DNA from: an uncultured Candidatus Saccharibacteria bacterium
GTDB taxonomy: Bacteria > Patescibacteriota > Saccharimonadia > Saccharimonadales > Saccharimonadaceae
Assembly: GCA_963515045.1 (NCBI GenBank)
Contig: CAUPWH010000001.1
Coordinates: 127,118-191,117 of the forward strand
DNA: 64,000 nucleotides
Direction: 5' to 3'
The position numbers and the translations under genes are program-made. Below the pieces are notes generated by a model. That model was given only the letters and a program-made list of their open reading frames with translations, was not told the origin of the DNA and did not search any database. Within the stretch, counting starts at the first letter, position 1; each line of letters begins with the position of its first letter. Of this stretch, positions 18,494 to 29,179 are shown piece after piece.

Positions 18494-20351
18494 TTAGTAC
18501 TGAATAAAGCGAGGATTATATAGCGAGACCATCTGCGGTAGTCCGTAATAACTTAAAGCACCTCCAGGCAGCGGTAGTCCGCCATACCGCCAGCCAACAT
18601 TGACAGCCGTTTGAGCTGACGTTGCACCGCTAGACGCATCAGGATGATCAACTACGCTAATCCATGGTGCGCTACGATCAGCAACATACATTTTACCATC
18701 AGGACCGCGCAACACCTGGCCACCGCCCTCTTCCGAAATATGATATGAGGTTACCCGACACGACCCCCCAGCTATACCAGCCCCTGGATGTTCTGCACAG
18801 TTAGTTTTACCAATAAACATTTCACTATTTTTTATAGTAGTATTATTACCGCTACTTAAATCATACCGAAACAGCCTTCCGGGATATATTGACGACGTAT
18901 ACACATATCGGCTTGACGGTGAAAAATCTGCAGCATACCCCACTCCTCTGTTCTCAGTACCATTATTTACGCTCCAGTAATTCATCTGCCGCATATCGTT
19001 GTCGCCAGCACTAATATCAAAAACCTGAATAGAGCCGGCGCGCCGCTCCTGGGGACATTTGTCGCTCCCTCCCATCATGACAACCAATTTAGTATAGCTA
19101 TCGTTAAAGTTTATACTACCAAAGCTAGTCGTCTTGAAAGCTATGGCGTCGCTCCCGCACATAACGGACCGACCATTTGCTGAGGTAAACTCCTTATAAG
19201 CAAACTGTATCGGCTTTGTGTTGCCGCTCATATTCGGATGTTGCCCGCTAATAATATTAGATCCGTTATTAAGCGTCCATATACCAAAAGCATATAACGC
19301 ATTTGGCGCGTTCGGTCTGTACGTGTAAATAATCCCACCATTACCAACAGCATTCGGCCGGGCATTTAACGCCTCTGAAGCATATTCTTTCATACCACCA
19401 GGCGCAACAGCTGCGTTTTTAAGAGTAATTACTCCATCAGGATACCCTGGTACCGCAAAATCTATCAGACTCCAATACAAAGTCCCGTACTTTTTATTAT
19501 CCTGGGCATTGACCGTATTACTAACTACGATAAACCTAGTTTCTTCTCTATTAATAGGAAACGATGCCACTGCTTGAGTTCCTGTTACTGAACCACACAG
19601 CCCCTGCCCAAGCGGGCTGAACGGAAACGGCGTACCAGTAGGATAATCGCAATTTGAATTAAAATTGGCAGCGCCAGACCGCGTCGGCATAACATTACCG
19701 TTTTTATCCCATATATTTAATCCATCGGACACAAACTTCAGATTACCGTCCCTGCCAGAGACAGTTGTTATACCCTCTGCCGATATTGGACGGCTTGGCG
19801 TCGCCAAAGAAGGGGATACAGTAGTCCCACCAGTACCAAAATCAACCTTGGCATTATTGCCAAAATACCACCATCGTTTACTAGCGCGGCTGCCAGAAGG
19901 ATCTACTTCTTGACTTACCTGCTGGCGCGACACATACGAATAAGTTTTATATATTGAACCGTCTTTACGTCGCAAGTTAATCATACCAACAGACTCAGTG
20001 ACTCTGGCCAAGCCGGATGATACATATTTCGCTTCAAAAGTTGTCGTGTAATTAGGGCCTTTCAATATATGATCAGGTGCTGCTACTACCCCCCCCCAGG
20101 CAATTGGTATTCGGACGAACAGTTTTTGTCGTATCAAAGTAATCCCTGCGAATACAGTGGGCCAACCTAGCAGCGCCAGCCTCGGCCGCTTCTCTGGCCA
20201 ACTGGCTGTAATACTGCTCTTTTAGAGCATTAGAAGCGCTGGTAGATAATAAGAGTGCCGAAGACAACAAACCTAAAAGCACTAGACTGGCAATTAGCAC
20301 CGTTGATAAAGTAAACCCCTCAAAGCGCTCTTTATTAATCATACCGTCCAC
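18494..20351 (-). pseudogene. PilX-N-like minor pilin fused to a large secreted (propeller-like) domain, split into two frames at a G9 tract
   Basis: The 92-aa ORF (20073-20351) has a prepilin-like GFTLSTVLIASLVLLG followed by AREAAEAGAARL (PilX_N-like). The 547-aa ORF (18494-20137) overlaps it in another frame. Removing one G from the tract joins ...NTNCLGG to VVAAPDHILKG... Confidence 0.6.
20089..20097. repeat. homopolymer C9 on the + strand (G9 on the coding strand) at the frame junction
   Basis: Counted directly: ...ctactaCCCCCCCCCaggc... Confidence 0.9.
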
Positions 20352-20364
20352 CCCTTCTCAAATT

Positions 20365-21186
20365 TTAGTCGCTTACGTAACTTTCAAAGTTCTTCTGTAG
20401 CCGCAGCCTATTAGAGCTGCCAGAGTCTACACTGCTTCTTGAACTTGTCCCACCATGCAGTTTTACAGCCATAGTGATAGCGCCAGCTAGCAGAACAACA
20501 GCTGAAGCTGCAACCAATACTAACGTCAGAGTCTTAGAAGTATTCTTACCCTGAACAATCTTATGGACGAAGAACACTGAAGCTGACACGACTGCCAACG
20601 CCAGTAAGTACGGTAAAAACTCGCCAAGATACAAACTCTTGTAAATTTCACCAGCACCGCTAACACCAATGAACAAAAGCGAGTTAACAAGGATACTAGC
20701 TAACTTAGCAACCAACCCAACAGCTGGTAATAACAACGCGCCAAGACCGCCATAAGTTATTAATTTATAAGCTGTACGATTAGTATAACCTTCACGCTCT
20801 GGCACAGTCCTGGAAACTCGCGAAAACAACACAAACGATAGAACTGAGAATAGTAGTGCTAATACAGCCGCCGCCACGATGCCTGTACCTGGCGTTACCA
20901 TATCTGGAGATAGATATCCACGCACAAATGAAGTGGTTACTGACGCAGTGCCAGCCCAAAGGCCAAATACACTTACCATTGTATCAATGAGCAAAAAAGC
21001 AGCCGCTACAGCCGAACCCATCGCAAAAGCGTATTCAAATGTCAATAACTTTGACTTGCCCTTATTCGGATCAGCATACGCTGCATATTGCGGATATGCC
21101 TGATAGCTTGCCGCTGGCGGTACAGGTACAGCTGCTTCCGGCTGCGCGACATTATTTTCTGGCTGCGGTTGTTCTTTGGTTGCCAT
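20365..21186 (-). CDS. polytopic membrane protein with a Pro/Ala/Gln-rich N-terminus
   Basis: Multiple hydrophobic helices. No family recognised. Confidence 0.55.
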   Translation of the reverse strand: MATKEQPQPENNVAQPEAAVPVPPAASYQAYPQYAAYADPNKGKSKLLTFEYAFAMGSAVAAAFLLIDTMVSVFGLWAGTASVTTSFVRGYLSPDMVTPGTGIVAAAVLALLFSVLSFVLFSRVSRTVPEREGYTNRTAYKLITYGGLGALLLPAVGLVAKLASILVNSLLFIGVSGAGEIYKSLYLGEFLPYLLALAVVSASVFFVHKIVQGKNTSKTLTLVLVAASAVVLLAGAITMAVKLHGGTSSRSSVDSGSSNRLRLQKNFESYVSD

Positions 21187-21218
21187 TTTTACCTCCTAAT
21201 CTAATGGTTAACTCTATT

Positions 21219-23189
21219 CTACATGGTCTGGCGAATTTCTGCAATCAAATCACGCAGTTCCGCTGCTTTTTCAAATTCTAGATTGGCGCTATGTAGCTCC
21301 ATTTGACCAGTCAACTCCTTAATTAACGTTGGATATTCGTCCTTTGGAATCTTCTTCAAATCAAGTTTTGGCTTTTTGTCTGATTCTTTTTGCGGGATGA
21401 TGGAGCGCAGGCCATCGTCAATCTTCTTCTGGATGGTCTGCGGTGTGATGCCATGCTCTTCGTTATATTGCTGCTGTATAGCACGCCGACGATTCGTCTC
21501 ATCAATCGCCGCCCGCATCGATCCAGTAATTGTATCACCGTACATCAGCACCCGCCCGTCCACGTGCCGTGCCGCCCGGCCAATCGTCTGAATTAGTGCC
21601 TGTTCACTACGGAGGAAACCTTCTTTATCAGCGTCCATGATCGCCACCAGACTGACTTCTGGTAGGTCCAGCCCCTCGCGCAGAAGATTAATACCAACCA
21701 AGACGTCGTACGTCCCCAGCCGCAGATCTTTGAGAATATCGCCACGTTCCAACGTGTCAATTTCACTGTGTAGATACGCCGTTTTCACGCCATTATCGGT
21801 CAAATAAGCGCTCAGATCCTCGGCCATACGCTTGGTCAAGGTGGTTACCAGTACGCGGTGGCCCTTGGCGATGGTCTGGCGAATCTCCTCCATCAAATCA
21901 TCAACCTGTCCTTCGGTCGGCCGCACCTCAATCGGTGGATCAAGCAGCCCCGTCGGCCGAATCAACTGCTCAGCCGGCTTCGGCGAATGGGCAATTTCAT
22001 AGTCGCCCGGTGTAGCGGAAACATAAATCGCCTGGTGAATATGCTGATCAAACTCATCAAACCTGAGCGGACGGTTGTCCAGCGCGCTCGGCAGACGAAA
22101 CCCGTGCTCCACCAGCACTTCCTTGCGCGCCCGGTCGCCGTTGTACATACCGCGGACTTGCGGCAACGTCATGTGCGACTCATCGACCAGAAGCAGCCAA
22201 TCATCCGGAAAATAATCAATCAAGGTCGCTGGTTGCTCGCCCGGCTCGCGGTCCGTCAGATAGCGCGAATAATTCTCAATGCCTTTGACAAAGCCAGTTT
22301 CTTTCAACATCTCCAGGTCGTATTTGGTGCGCTGAGCTAGGCGCTGTGCCTCTAGCAATTTGTCGTGCGATTCAAACCATTTCAGCCGCTCGTCAAACTC
22401 TTTTTCAATGCCAATGATGGCTTTTTCAATTCGTTCGCGCGGCGTTGAATAGTGGCTGGACGGGAAAATCGTCAGGCTAGCTGGCTGATCCAAAATCTCG
22501 CCAGTCAGCGGATCGATTCGCGTTAACCGCTCAACCTCATCGCCAAAAAATTCCACCCGCACCGCCGTGTCCTGCCCGGCCGGGAAAATATCCACTACAT
22601 CGCCGCGCACCCGAAAAGTACCGCGCGCAAAATCAATGTCGTTGCGCTTATACTGAATATCAGTCAGCAGACGAATGAATTTATCCTGCACTCGCCGCTC
22701 GCCAACCGTCAATTGAATCGCCATGTCGGCATACGTCTCCGGCGAACCGATGCCGTAAATACAGGACACGCTGGCCACAATGATAACATCGCGCCGCGTT
22801 AGCAGCGCCGAGGTTGCCGCATGCCTGAGCCGATCAATTTCATCATTAATTTTCGAATCTTTCTCGATGTAGGTGTCGCTACTAGCAATGTAGGCTTCCG
22901 GCTGATAATAATCAAAATAACTGACAAAATAATGCACCTCATTGTCCGGAAAAAACTCCTTAAACTCAGAAAACAGCTGCGCTGCCAAAGTCTTGTTATG
23001 CGCCAGCACCAGCGTCGGCACGTTCCGCCGGGCGATAATATTTGCCATAGTAAAGGTCTTACCCGAACCGGTCACGCCCAATAAAGTCTGCTCGCGTTCG
23101 CCCTGCTCCAAACCATCCACCAGCTGAGCAATCGCCGTTGGCTGGTCGCCAGTCGGCTGGTATTTCGACTTCAGGGTAAATTCGTTCAC
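21219..23189 (-). CDS. uvrB: excinuclease ABC subunit B
   Basis: [12 protein letters not shown] Walker A, DESH box, C-terminal UVR domain ([17 protein letters not shown]). Confidence 0.95.
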   Translation of the reverse strand: MNEFTLKSKYQPTGDQPTAIAQLVDGLEQGEREQTLLGVTGSGKTFTMANIIARRNVPTLVLAHNKTLAAQLFSEFKEFFPDNEVHYFVSYFDYYQPEAYIASSDTYIEKDSKINDEIDRLRHAATSALLTRRDVIIVASVSCIYGIGSPETYADMAIQLTVGERRVQDKFIRLLTDIQYKRNDIDFARGTFRVRGDVVDIFPAGQDTAVRVEFFGDEVERLTRIDPLTGEILDQPASLTIFPSSHYSTPRERIEKAIIGIEKEFDERLKWFESHDKLLEAQRLAQRTKYDLEMLKETGFVKGIENYSRYLTDREPGEQPATLIDYFPDDWLLLVDESHMTLPQVRGMYNGDRARKEVLVEHGFRLPSALDNRPLRFDEFDQHIHQAIYVSATPGDYEIAHSPKPAEQLIRPTGLLDPPIEVRPTEGQVDDLMEEIRQTIAKGHRVLVTTLTKRMAEDLSAYLTDNGVKTAYLHSEIDTLERGDILKDLRLGTYDVLVGINLLREGLDLPEVSLVAIMDADKEGFLRSEQALIQTIGRAARHVDGRVLMYGDTITGSMRAAIDETNRRRAIQQQYNEEHGITPQTIQKKIDDGLRSIIPQKESDKKPKLDLKKIPKDEYPTLIKELTGQMELHSANLEFEKAAELRDLIAEIRQTM

Positions 23190-23222
23190 CTTATTATTGT
23201 ATCACCGACCAGCGCTGATTAT

Positions 23223-24389
23223 CTATCTATAAATATCCTGCAAACCCTTGCTTCTGCTGCATGCTGGCCACGGACTCCAACCGCGCCTTTGGTATAATTT
23301 CCAAGCGGCTTCATCTTGTTCAGCCGGCGTGGCATTACCGTACTTGCTCGGGTCGGCAACCGACGCCCACGTGCCTCTATTAAACTGATAAGCGCCATAG
23401 TAACCATTGCCTGTATTAGACGTATAGCTGCCCTCGCAGCTTCTCAATCGAGCTAAAGCCTCAGCAAAACTACCAGAAAAAGTATTTGAACTCTTTGCGC
23501 CTACAATTTCAATCTGTTTTTTCGGCTCTTTCGTTACGACGCTAGCGATTTCCTTGCGGCTTATTTCAATACCATTTTTCATTTCAATCTCATATGTCGC
23601 GTTACGCTTACCTTTCTCGCCAACTTGTTTGACTTCCTTATGTCCAATATCTTTATTAGCATCTTGGATTTTTTCAGTCTCAAAATTGACTTCTTCCTCA
23701 ACGGTAACGGTTTGCTTGCCGTTTCGCCATAGCTCAATTTTCATACCCTCAGAGATAGCCGTCAGCGCATTTACAGACAGCGTGTCATTCCTGCCAGGTT
23801 TAATATTCTTTTCTTTCAGCAAATCGCCAACTGTCTTCGCATGCGTTCTGATAATAGATTCCTTGCCGTACAAGACAAAATTCACCGCCTTTGCCCGTTC
23901 AACTTTCATCACCAAACCCGCACCGTCAACCAGCAAATTATCCGTCTTATTAAGCACAGTTTTATCTTCAGGGTATACTTTCAAACCTGCCGCCTTAGCA
24001 ATCAAAGCCGGCGTTTGCTGCGCAGTCGTTACTTTCAAGCGCTTATCGTTATCAACAATCGTAATTGGCCGGGCGCGATAGATATTAATATTATACTTTT
24101 CAGCAGCCATGTCCGTATCAAGGCTCGGCTCTATTACATCCTGTTTTTCATCTACCTTAATGTTGGCTGCCTTTAGCGTCTCGCGGATAGTCCTAGCCTT
24201 CGTAATAACCGTCCGTCCAGCACCGCGATCATAAATATTAACAAGCTTTTCGCCAGCTTTAACTACTGGATTATCGCTATTAGCGAGCGCTTGATTAACG
24301 AAAAGCAAACTGCCAAATAAAACTGCAAATACACCCAGCAGGACAGCGGCGCTTCTATAATGACGTTTTATTAGCGATACAATACTCAT
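23223..24389 (-). CDS. RpfB-like resuscitation-promoting factor (DUF348-G5-transglycosylase-like)
   Basis: TM, DUF348 repeats, G5 (ASVVTKEPKKQIEIVGAK), C-terminal CEGSYTSNTGNGYYGAYQF..GTW Rpf domain. Start moved to MSIVSL (24389) to avoid overlapping pcrA. Confidence 0.8.
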   Translation of the reverse strand: MSIVSLIKRHYRSAAVLLGVFAVLFGSLLFVNQALANSDNPVVKAGEKLVNIYDRGAGRTVITKARTIRETLKAANIKVDEKQDVIEPSLDTDMAAEKYNINIYRARPITIVDNDKRLKVTTAQQTPALIAKAAGLKVYPEDKTVLNKTDNLLVDGAGLVMKVERAKAVNFVLYGKESIIRTHAKTVGDLLKEKNIKPGRNDTLSVNALTAISEGMKIELWRNGKQTVTVEEEVNFETEKIQDANKDIGHKEVKQVGEKGKRNATYEIEMKNGIEISRKEIASVVTKEPKKQIEIVGAKSSNTFSGSFAEALARLRSCEGSYTSNTGNGYYGAYQFNRGTWASVADPSKYGNATPAEQDEAAWKLYQRRGWSPWPACSRSKGLQDIYR

Positions 24390-24423
24390 AACAATGTACG
24401 AATGTACAACTTCTCCTATTATA

Positions 24424-26526
24424 TCAAATTTTCTCCAAACGTGCAAATTCAACGTTTAATTTTTTAACTGTTCCGTCGTCAAATTTAACAGTCACACCCA
24501 AGCCCTCACTGTCAATAATTTCACCCGCGCCAAAGCTCGGGCTGCGCACCCTATCCCCTACTTCCAGTCCAATTTCTTCTGAGTAGAAATCGGCTTCTGC
24601 TGGCGGCTGAGCCGGCCTATCAACTCCGCCGACCAGCAGCCCCATCTCGTCCAAAAACCGCGACGGCATATTATAACCAATTTGCCCAAATTGTGTCCGG
24701 GAACTGGCGCAACTAACAAATAACTCCTCCCTTGCGCGCGTCACGCCGACATAACACAACCGGCGTTCTTCCTCAATGTCGTCAGCCTTACCGCTGTCAA
24801 ACACTCGCGCGTGCGGCAAAATCCCCTCTTCCAGTCCCGCCAAAAATACTACCGGAAATTCCAATCCCTTAGCCGCGTGCAGCGTCATAAGCGTCACCTG
24901 TTGCTCCGCCGCCGTGTCCGCTGAAGACATCAGCGCCATTTCTTCCAAAAACGCTGGCACGTCAACATAAGCTTTGGCTTCCGCCAGCAACACGCCAATA
25001 TTTTCCATCCGCTCCTCAGCTTGAGGTGTGCCATCATTGATAAAATCCCCATAGCCAGTTCTTTTTATAATTTTTTCAATTAATTCTGCTGGCGAACCGT
25101 CTATTTCCTGCTGCAGTTCCTCCAGAATTTTGCCTAGCTCCAACAAAGGTCGTTTCGCTCGCGCCGTCAAATTATTGGCCTCTTCAACCGCCAGCAAGCC
25201 GCTAACAATATCCCGCCGCGCCGCATCATTCCAATCCAAAAATTTAGCCACGCTTACTGTACCGATACCGCGCTTTGGCACATTGACAATCCTTAATAAA
25301 CTAACCCGGTCGCTCGGTTGATACAACAATCGAAGATACGCCAGTACATCTTTAACAACCGCCCGATCTAAAAACCTTAGACCGCCGACAATTTTATACG
25401 GAATATAGCTCTGCCTAAGGACTCGCTCAATCGCATAGCTCTGCGCATTCGTCCGATATAACACCGCTACGTCGCCGTACTGGCGGCCGTTGGCAATTTG
25501 CGCTTGAATCTCATTAGCAATCGCCAGCGCTTCTTCCGACTCGCTATATAATTGCCATAATTTTGGATCAATACCATCACCATTTGCCGTCCATAAATTC
25601 TTATCTGTCCGATGAATATTATGCTGAATTAGTGAATTTGCTAAATCTAAAATCGCGCCTGTTGAACGATAATTTTGCTCCAATTTGACCACGGTTGTCC
25701 CCGGAAAATCGCGCTCGAAGTTAAGAATATTAGTACAATCAGCGCCGCGAAAACTATAAATCGACTGCGCATCATCGCCAACTACGCATAAATTACGCCG
25801 TTCGTTAACCAACAATTTGATTAGCGCGTACTGTACAGCATTTGTATCCTGATACTCATCAATTAGAATATACTCAAACTGACGCTGCCATTTCCGACGA
25901 ATCTCTGGACTGTTCTGTAATAATTCTACGGTTTTAGTCAATAAATCATCGAAGTCGAGCGCCGCCGCCTCTTTCAAGGCTTTTTCATAGGCGAAGAACA
26001 ACTCAGCAATTTTCTGCTCCCGAGGGCCGCGCGCTGACATTGAAAAATCTTCCGCGCTGCGCATTTCATTTTTAGCGTTTGAAATAACCGAAAGTACCGC
26101 CCGCGGCTTAATATCTTTATCCGTCAGACCGCGCACTTTCATAATCTGTTTCATCAGGCTTATTTGATCGTCAGTATCGTAGATTAAAAACCGTCTGTCC
26201 AACCCAATATGTGTGCCATCCATCCTTAGTATCCGTACGCAAATACTATGGAATGTCCCCATCCATGGCATAAATTGACGATTATCAGCCTCCTCATCCA
26301 GCAATTGCGCCAATCGCTGCCGCATTTCCTTGGCAGCTTTGTTAGTAAATGTCACTGCCAAGATTCGGCTAGGAAAAACTTTCAACTCGCCAATCAAATA
26401 AGCAATCCTATGCGTTAGCGTCTTTGTTTTTCCAGAACCAGCACCCGCCAGAATCAATAGCGGTCCGTCGCCATGCGCCACCGCCCGAGCTTGTTCGCCA
26501 TTCAAACCATCCGTAAAATCAGTCAT
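24424..26526 (-). CDS. pcrA: ATP-dependent DNA helicase, UvrD/PcrA family
   Basis: AGAGSGKTKTLTHR, DEYQDTN, TLHAAKGLEFPVVF, VGVTRA. Confidence 0.9.
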   Translation of the reverse strand: MTDFTDGLNGEQARAVAHGDGPLLILAGAGSGKTKTLTHRIAYLIGELKVFPSRILAVTFTNKAAKEMRQRLAQLLDEEADNRQFMPWMGTFHSICVRILRMDGTHIGLDRRFLIYDTDDQISLMKQIMKVRGLTDKDIKPRAVLSVISNAKNEMRSAEDFSMSARGPREQKIAELFFAYEKALKEAAALDFDDLLTKTVELLQNSPEIRRKWQRQFEYILIDEYQDTNAVQYALIKLLVNERRNLCVVGDDAQSIYSFRGADCTNILNFERDFPGTTVVKLEQNYRSTGAILDLANSLIQHNIHRTDKNLWTANGDGIDPKLWQLYSESEEALAIANEIQAQIANGRQYGDVAVLYRTNAQSYAIERVLRQSYIPYKIVGGLRFLDRAVVKDVLAYLRLLYQPSDRVSLLRIVNVPKRGIGTVSVAKFLDWNDAARRDIVSGLLAVEEANNLTARAKRPLLELGKILEELQQEIDGSPAELIEKIIKRTGYGDFINDGTPQAEERMENIGVLLAEAKAYVDVPAFLEEMALMSSADTAAEQQVTLMTLHAAKGLEFPVVFLAGLEEGILPHARVFDSGKADDIEEERRLCYVGVTRAREELFVSCASSRTQFGQIGYNMPSRFLDEMGLLVGGVDRPAQPPAEADFYSEEIGLEVGDRVRSPSFGAGEIIDSEGLGVTVKFDDGTVKKLNVEFARLEKI

Positions 26527-26530
26527 GTAT

Positions 26531-28381
26531 CTATTTTATCAGCAAAAAGTATGCTGCCGCACCGCCAGCCACGCCAATTGCCAAAAATAACAGAATCAGT
26601 AGAACTGTCAGCCAGCCAGATTTGCTTTCTTCTTTAGGGTCAAAATTTTTTGACGTACGGCTTGCCGCATCGAACATAGGCTTAGGTTCAGGTTCAGTTG
26701 AGGCTTTTTTCGGCGAATGACGCGGCGAAACATCGTCGTTATCACTTGGTTTTTTAGAAGCTCTCTGTTCGGCTGCCTTAATATCATCAACGGCAGCATC
26801 AAGGCTAGAAACATCAGCCTCCTCGGCCGCCATAACATCCGCGCTAAATTCTGGCGGCAACCCGACATCACCGCCCGGCTCAACTTCATCGTCCGGATCA
26901 TCCTCTGAAACATCCAACTTACGCGGCGTATAATTTGCTAAAGATTTTTTATGGTCATCATTTTTTGCTGTTGCAGCGTCTCTGTCATTTGCATCATCAG
27001 TAGCAGCGGCTGGCGTACCTAGCGGCCTTTTCTCGACTTCAACGTTAGAGATAAAAGGCGATACTGGAGCAATGCTTTCGCTTTTACTCTGAACTGACAT
27101 TGCTACATCAGACGAATTGTTTGTTTTACCCTCTGGGCTTTGCGGCAACACGACGCGTTTTTTCGCTGAACTCAGCAAAGACTTTTCAGGATTAGCAGAC
27201 GTCGGCGCATCAACACTGCTGTTGTTCTCGTTTGAATGAATACTATTAAGGTTATTACCCCCTCCTATCATGGACGGGCGGCGGATACCCTTATCTGCAA
27301 AGTTAGCACTATCATCCATATTCGCTGAATCAGCTCCAGATTGGTCGCCCAGTCCCGCTTTGGATGTATTTGGAGTCATTTTTCGCTGCTGTACTAATTT
27401 AGACTTAGACGACGGATGAACAACATCCATAAAACGACCATGCGGACGCTTAGCTATCATTGGCGATACATGAACAGTATCACTCTCTGGAGGAGCAACT
27501 GGCGGCGGAGATACGGCCGGCGTAACTGCTGGCGTATGACCACTAGGCGAAACAGAAGACGATACCGTAGAGCCAGATGAGCTTGACGGTGGAGCGGACG
27601 GCACTGCTGGCGCCGTTGATACGGACGAGACCGACACTGTCGATGCCGCTGGTTTTGGCTTTTGTGCAGCTGGTGTTACTTCTGAATCTGGCGAAGATGG
27701 AGAAGATGGCGGAGCCGATGAAACCGAAGCTGGCGAATTTGTCGTTACTACCGGCGCAGTAACTGCTACTGGTGCCGCTGATACTGTCGTTGCTGATGGC
27801 GTAGTTGAAGTGGAGGGAGCTACTACTGGCGCCGAGGAGACCGCCGGAGCAGACGAAACAGTTGGCGGCTTCACGTTAGTTGCCGCTGAAAGAATAGGAG
27901 GGGCCGAAGGAGTCAAAGATCTTGCAGGAACTGACGGCTGGCCTGCAACTGACGCAGCCACTGGAGCAGACGAAGTTGGCGAAGAGACCGGCACCGAAGT
28001 TACTGTTGTAACTTTAACAGCACCAGCTTCTGCTTCAGTATTTGGAGATGGCTTGGGAGCTTCCGCTCCAATCTTAGCCGCCGGAACATCCGCACTCTGA
28101 CTACTACTAGACGTTTGCATTACAGGCGAGCTATGCGACACACTCACCGGAATGTTACCGCCAACATTATTATTGACAGGGGCAGAGACAGGATCAGGAC
28201 TAGCGTTCTCGGCAGAAGAGACTGTAGGACTAGCAAGCTCAGAGCTGCTTTCATTACCACTAGCCAAGCTAGTGTCAGAAGTCGTACTATCGCCAGCATC
28301 TGTCTTATTTTCCGCTGCCCGCTGCTTGCTCATCAAGGAATTTACTGCTTTGTCCAGCTCGTCAAAATCAATATCTGTCAT
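26531..28381 (-). CDS. tail-anchored low-complexity (Ser/Pro/Ala/Val/Thr-rich) protein
   Basis: Short acidic N-terminus, about 300 aa of SAP/VS repeats, a single C-terminal TM (WLTVLLILLFLAIGVAGGAAAYFLLIK). Confidence 0.55.
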   Translation of the reverse strand: MTDIDFDELDKAVNSLMSKQRAAENKTDAGDSTTSDTSLASGNESSSELASPTVSSAENASPDPVSAPVNNNVGGNIPVSVSHSSPVMQTSSSSQSADVPAAKIGAEAPKPSPNTEAEAGAVKVTTVTSVPVSSPTSSAPVAASVAGQPSVPARSLTPSAPPILSAATNVKPPTVSSAPAVSSAPVVAPSTSTTPSATTVSAAPVAVTAPVVTTNSPASVSSAPPSSPSSPDSEVTPAAQKPKPAASTVSVSSVSTAPAVPSAPPSSSSGSTVSSSVSPSGHTPAVTPAVSPPPVAPPESDTVHVSPMIAKRPHGRFMDVVHPSSKSKLVQQRKMTPNTSKAGLGDQSGADSANMDDSANFADKGIRRPSMIGGGNNLNSIHSNENNSSVDAPTSANPEKSLLSSAKKRVVLPQSPEGKTNNSSDVAMSVQSKSESIAPVSPFISNVEVEKRPLGTPAAATDDANDRDAATAKNDDHKKSLANYTPRKLDVSEDDPDDEVEPGGDVGLPPEFSADVMAAEEADVSSLDAAVDDIKAAEQRASKKPSDNDDVSPRHSPKKASTEPEPKPMFDAASRTSKNFDPKEESKSGWLTVLLILLFLAIGVAGGAAAYFLLIK

Positions 28382-28395
28382 ATGCCCCCTATTTT

Positions 28396-29154
28396 TTATC
28401 CCTTATGTGCTTTTTCTATTATCTCCGTAAATTGATGTATATCCAAACTTGCTGCGCCAACCAATAATCCATCAAGTCCTGAAATTGCCAAATAATCAGC
28501 TGCGCTATCAACCGTTATACTGCCGCCATATAAAATCCGCACTTCCTCAGCCGCCTTTTTACCATACAAATGAGCAACATGCTGGCGAATCATCTGCGTT
28601 GCTTTTTTTACATCAACCGGTTTAGCATTGTCGCCAGTACCAATCGCCCAAATTGGCTCGTAGGCAATCACTACCCTATCCAGCTCCTCAGCAGTCACAT
28701 TCGCCAGACCGCTAGTTAGCTGATCAGCCAAAACGTCTCTCGTTTCACCCAAAGCCCGTTCTTGCGCCGTCTCGCCAACACACAAAATCGGCTGAATACG
28801 ATTCCGAATCGCCGCCTGAACTTTCAACCTAATATCTTTATCGCTTTCAATAAAGATATATCGCCGCTCCGAATGTCCGATAAGTACATAGTCAGCAATC
28901 CCCCGAAGATGCGCCGCCGGCACTTCGCCAGTGTACGCGCCATGGTCGCGCCAATAGCAATTTTGCGCTGCCAACTTAGCAATTCGCCGATTGATTTGCA
29001 GGCTTAAACTCTGCAATGTTAATGTTGTAGGAGATACAACAACCTCAACGTCCCGGCGCGGCTTTAGAACCTCCATTAGCTTATGCAGATACAAGCTCGC
29101 CTCTTGCATATTGAGGTTCATCTTCCAGTTGCCAATGATTAATTTTTTTCTCAT
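28396..29154 (-). CDS. tpiA: triosephosphate isomerase
   Basis: GNWKMN, IGHSERR, AYEPIWAIGTG. Confidence 0.9.
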   Translation of the reverse strand: MRKKLIIGNWKMNLNMQEASLYLHKLMEVLKPRRDVEVVVSPTTLTLQSLSLQINRRIAKLAAQNCYWRDHGAYTGEVPAAHLRGIADYVLIGHSERRYIFIESDKDIRLKVQAAIRNRIQPILCVGETAQERALGETRDVLADQLTSGLANVTAEELDRVVIAYEPIWAIGTGDNAKPVDVKKATQMIRQHVAHLYGKKAAEEVRILYGGSITVDSAADYLAISGLDGLLVGAASLDIHQFTEIIEKAHKG

Positions 29155-29179
29155 GATGATAATCCTTATGTTTAGTTTA

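Noticed and set aside
27400-28120. Repetitive nucleotide pattern that could be mistaken for a CRISPR or tandem-repeat array
   Set aside because: It is in-frame low-complexity coding sequence (Ser/Pro/Ala/Val repeats) of the 616-aa ORF. There are no regular repeat-spacer units and no cas genes anywhere in the window.
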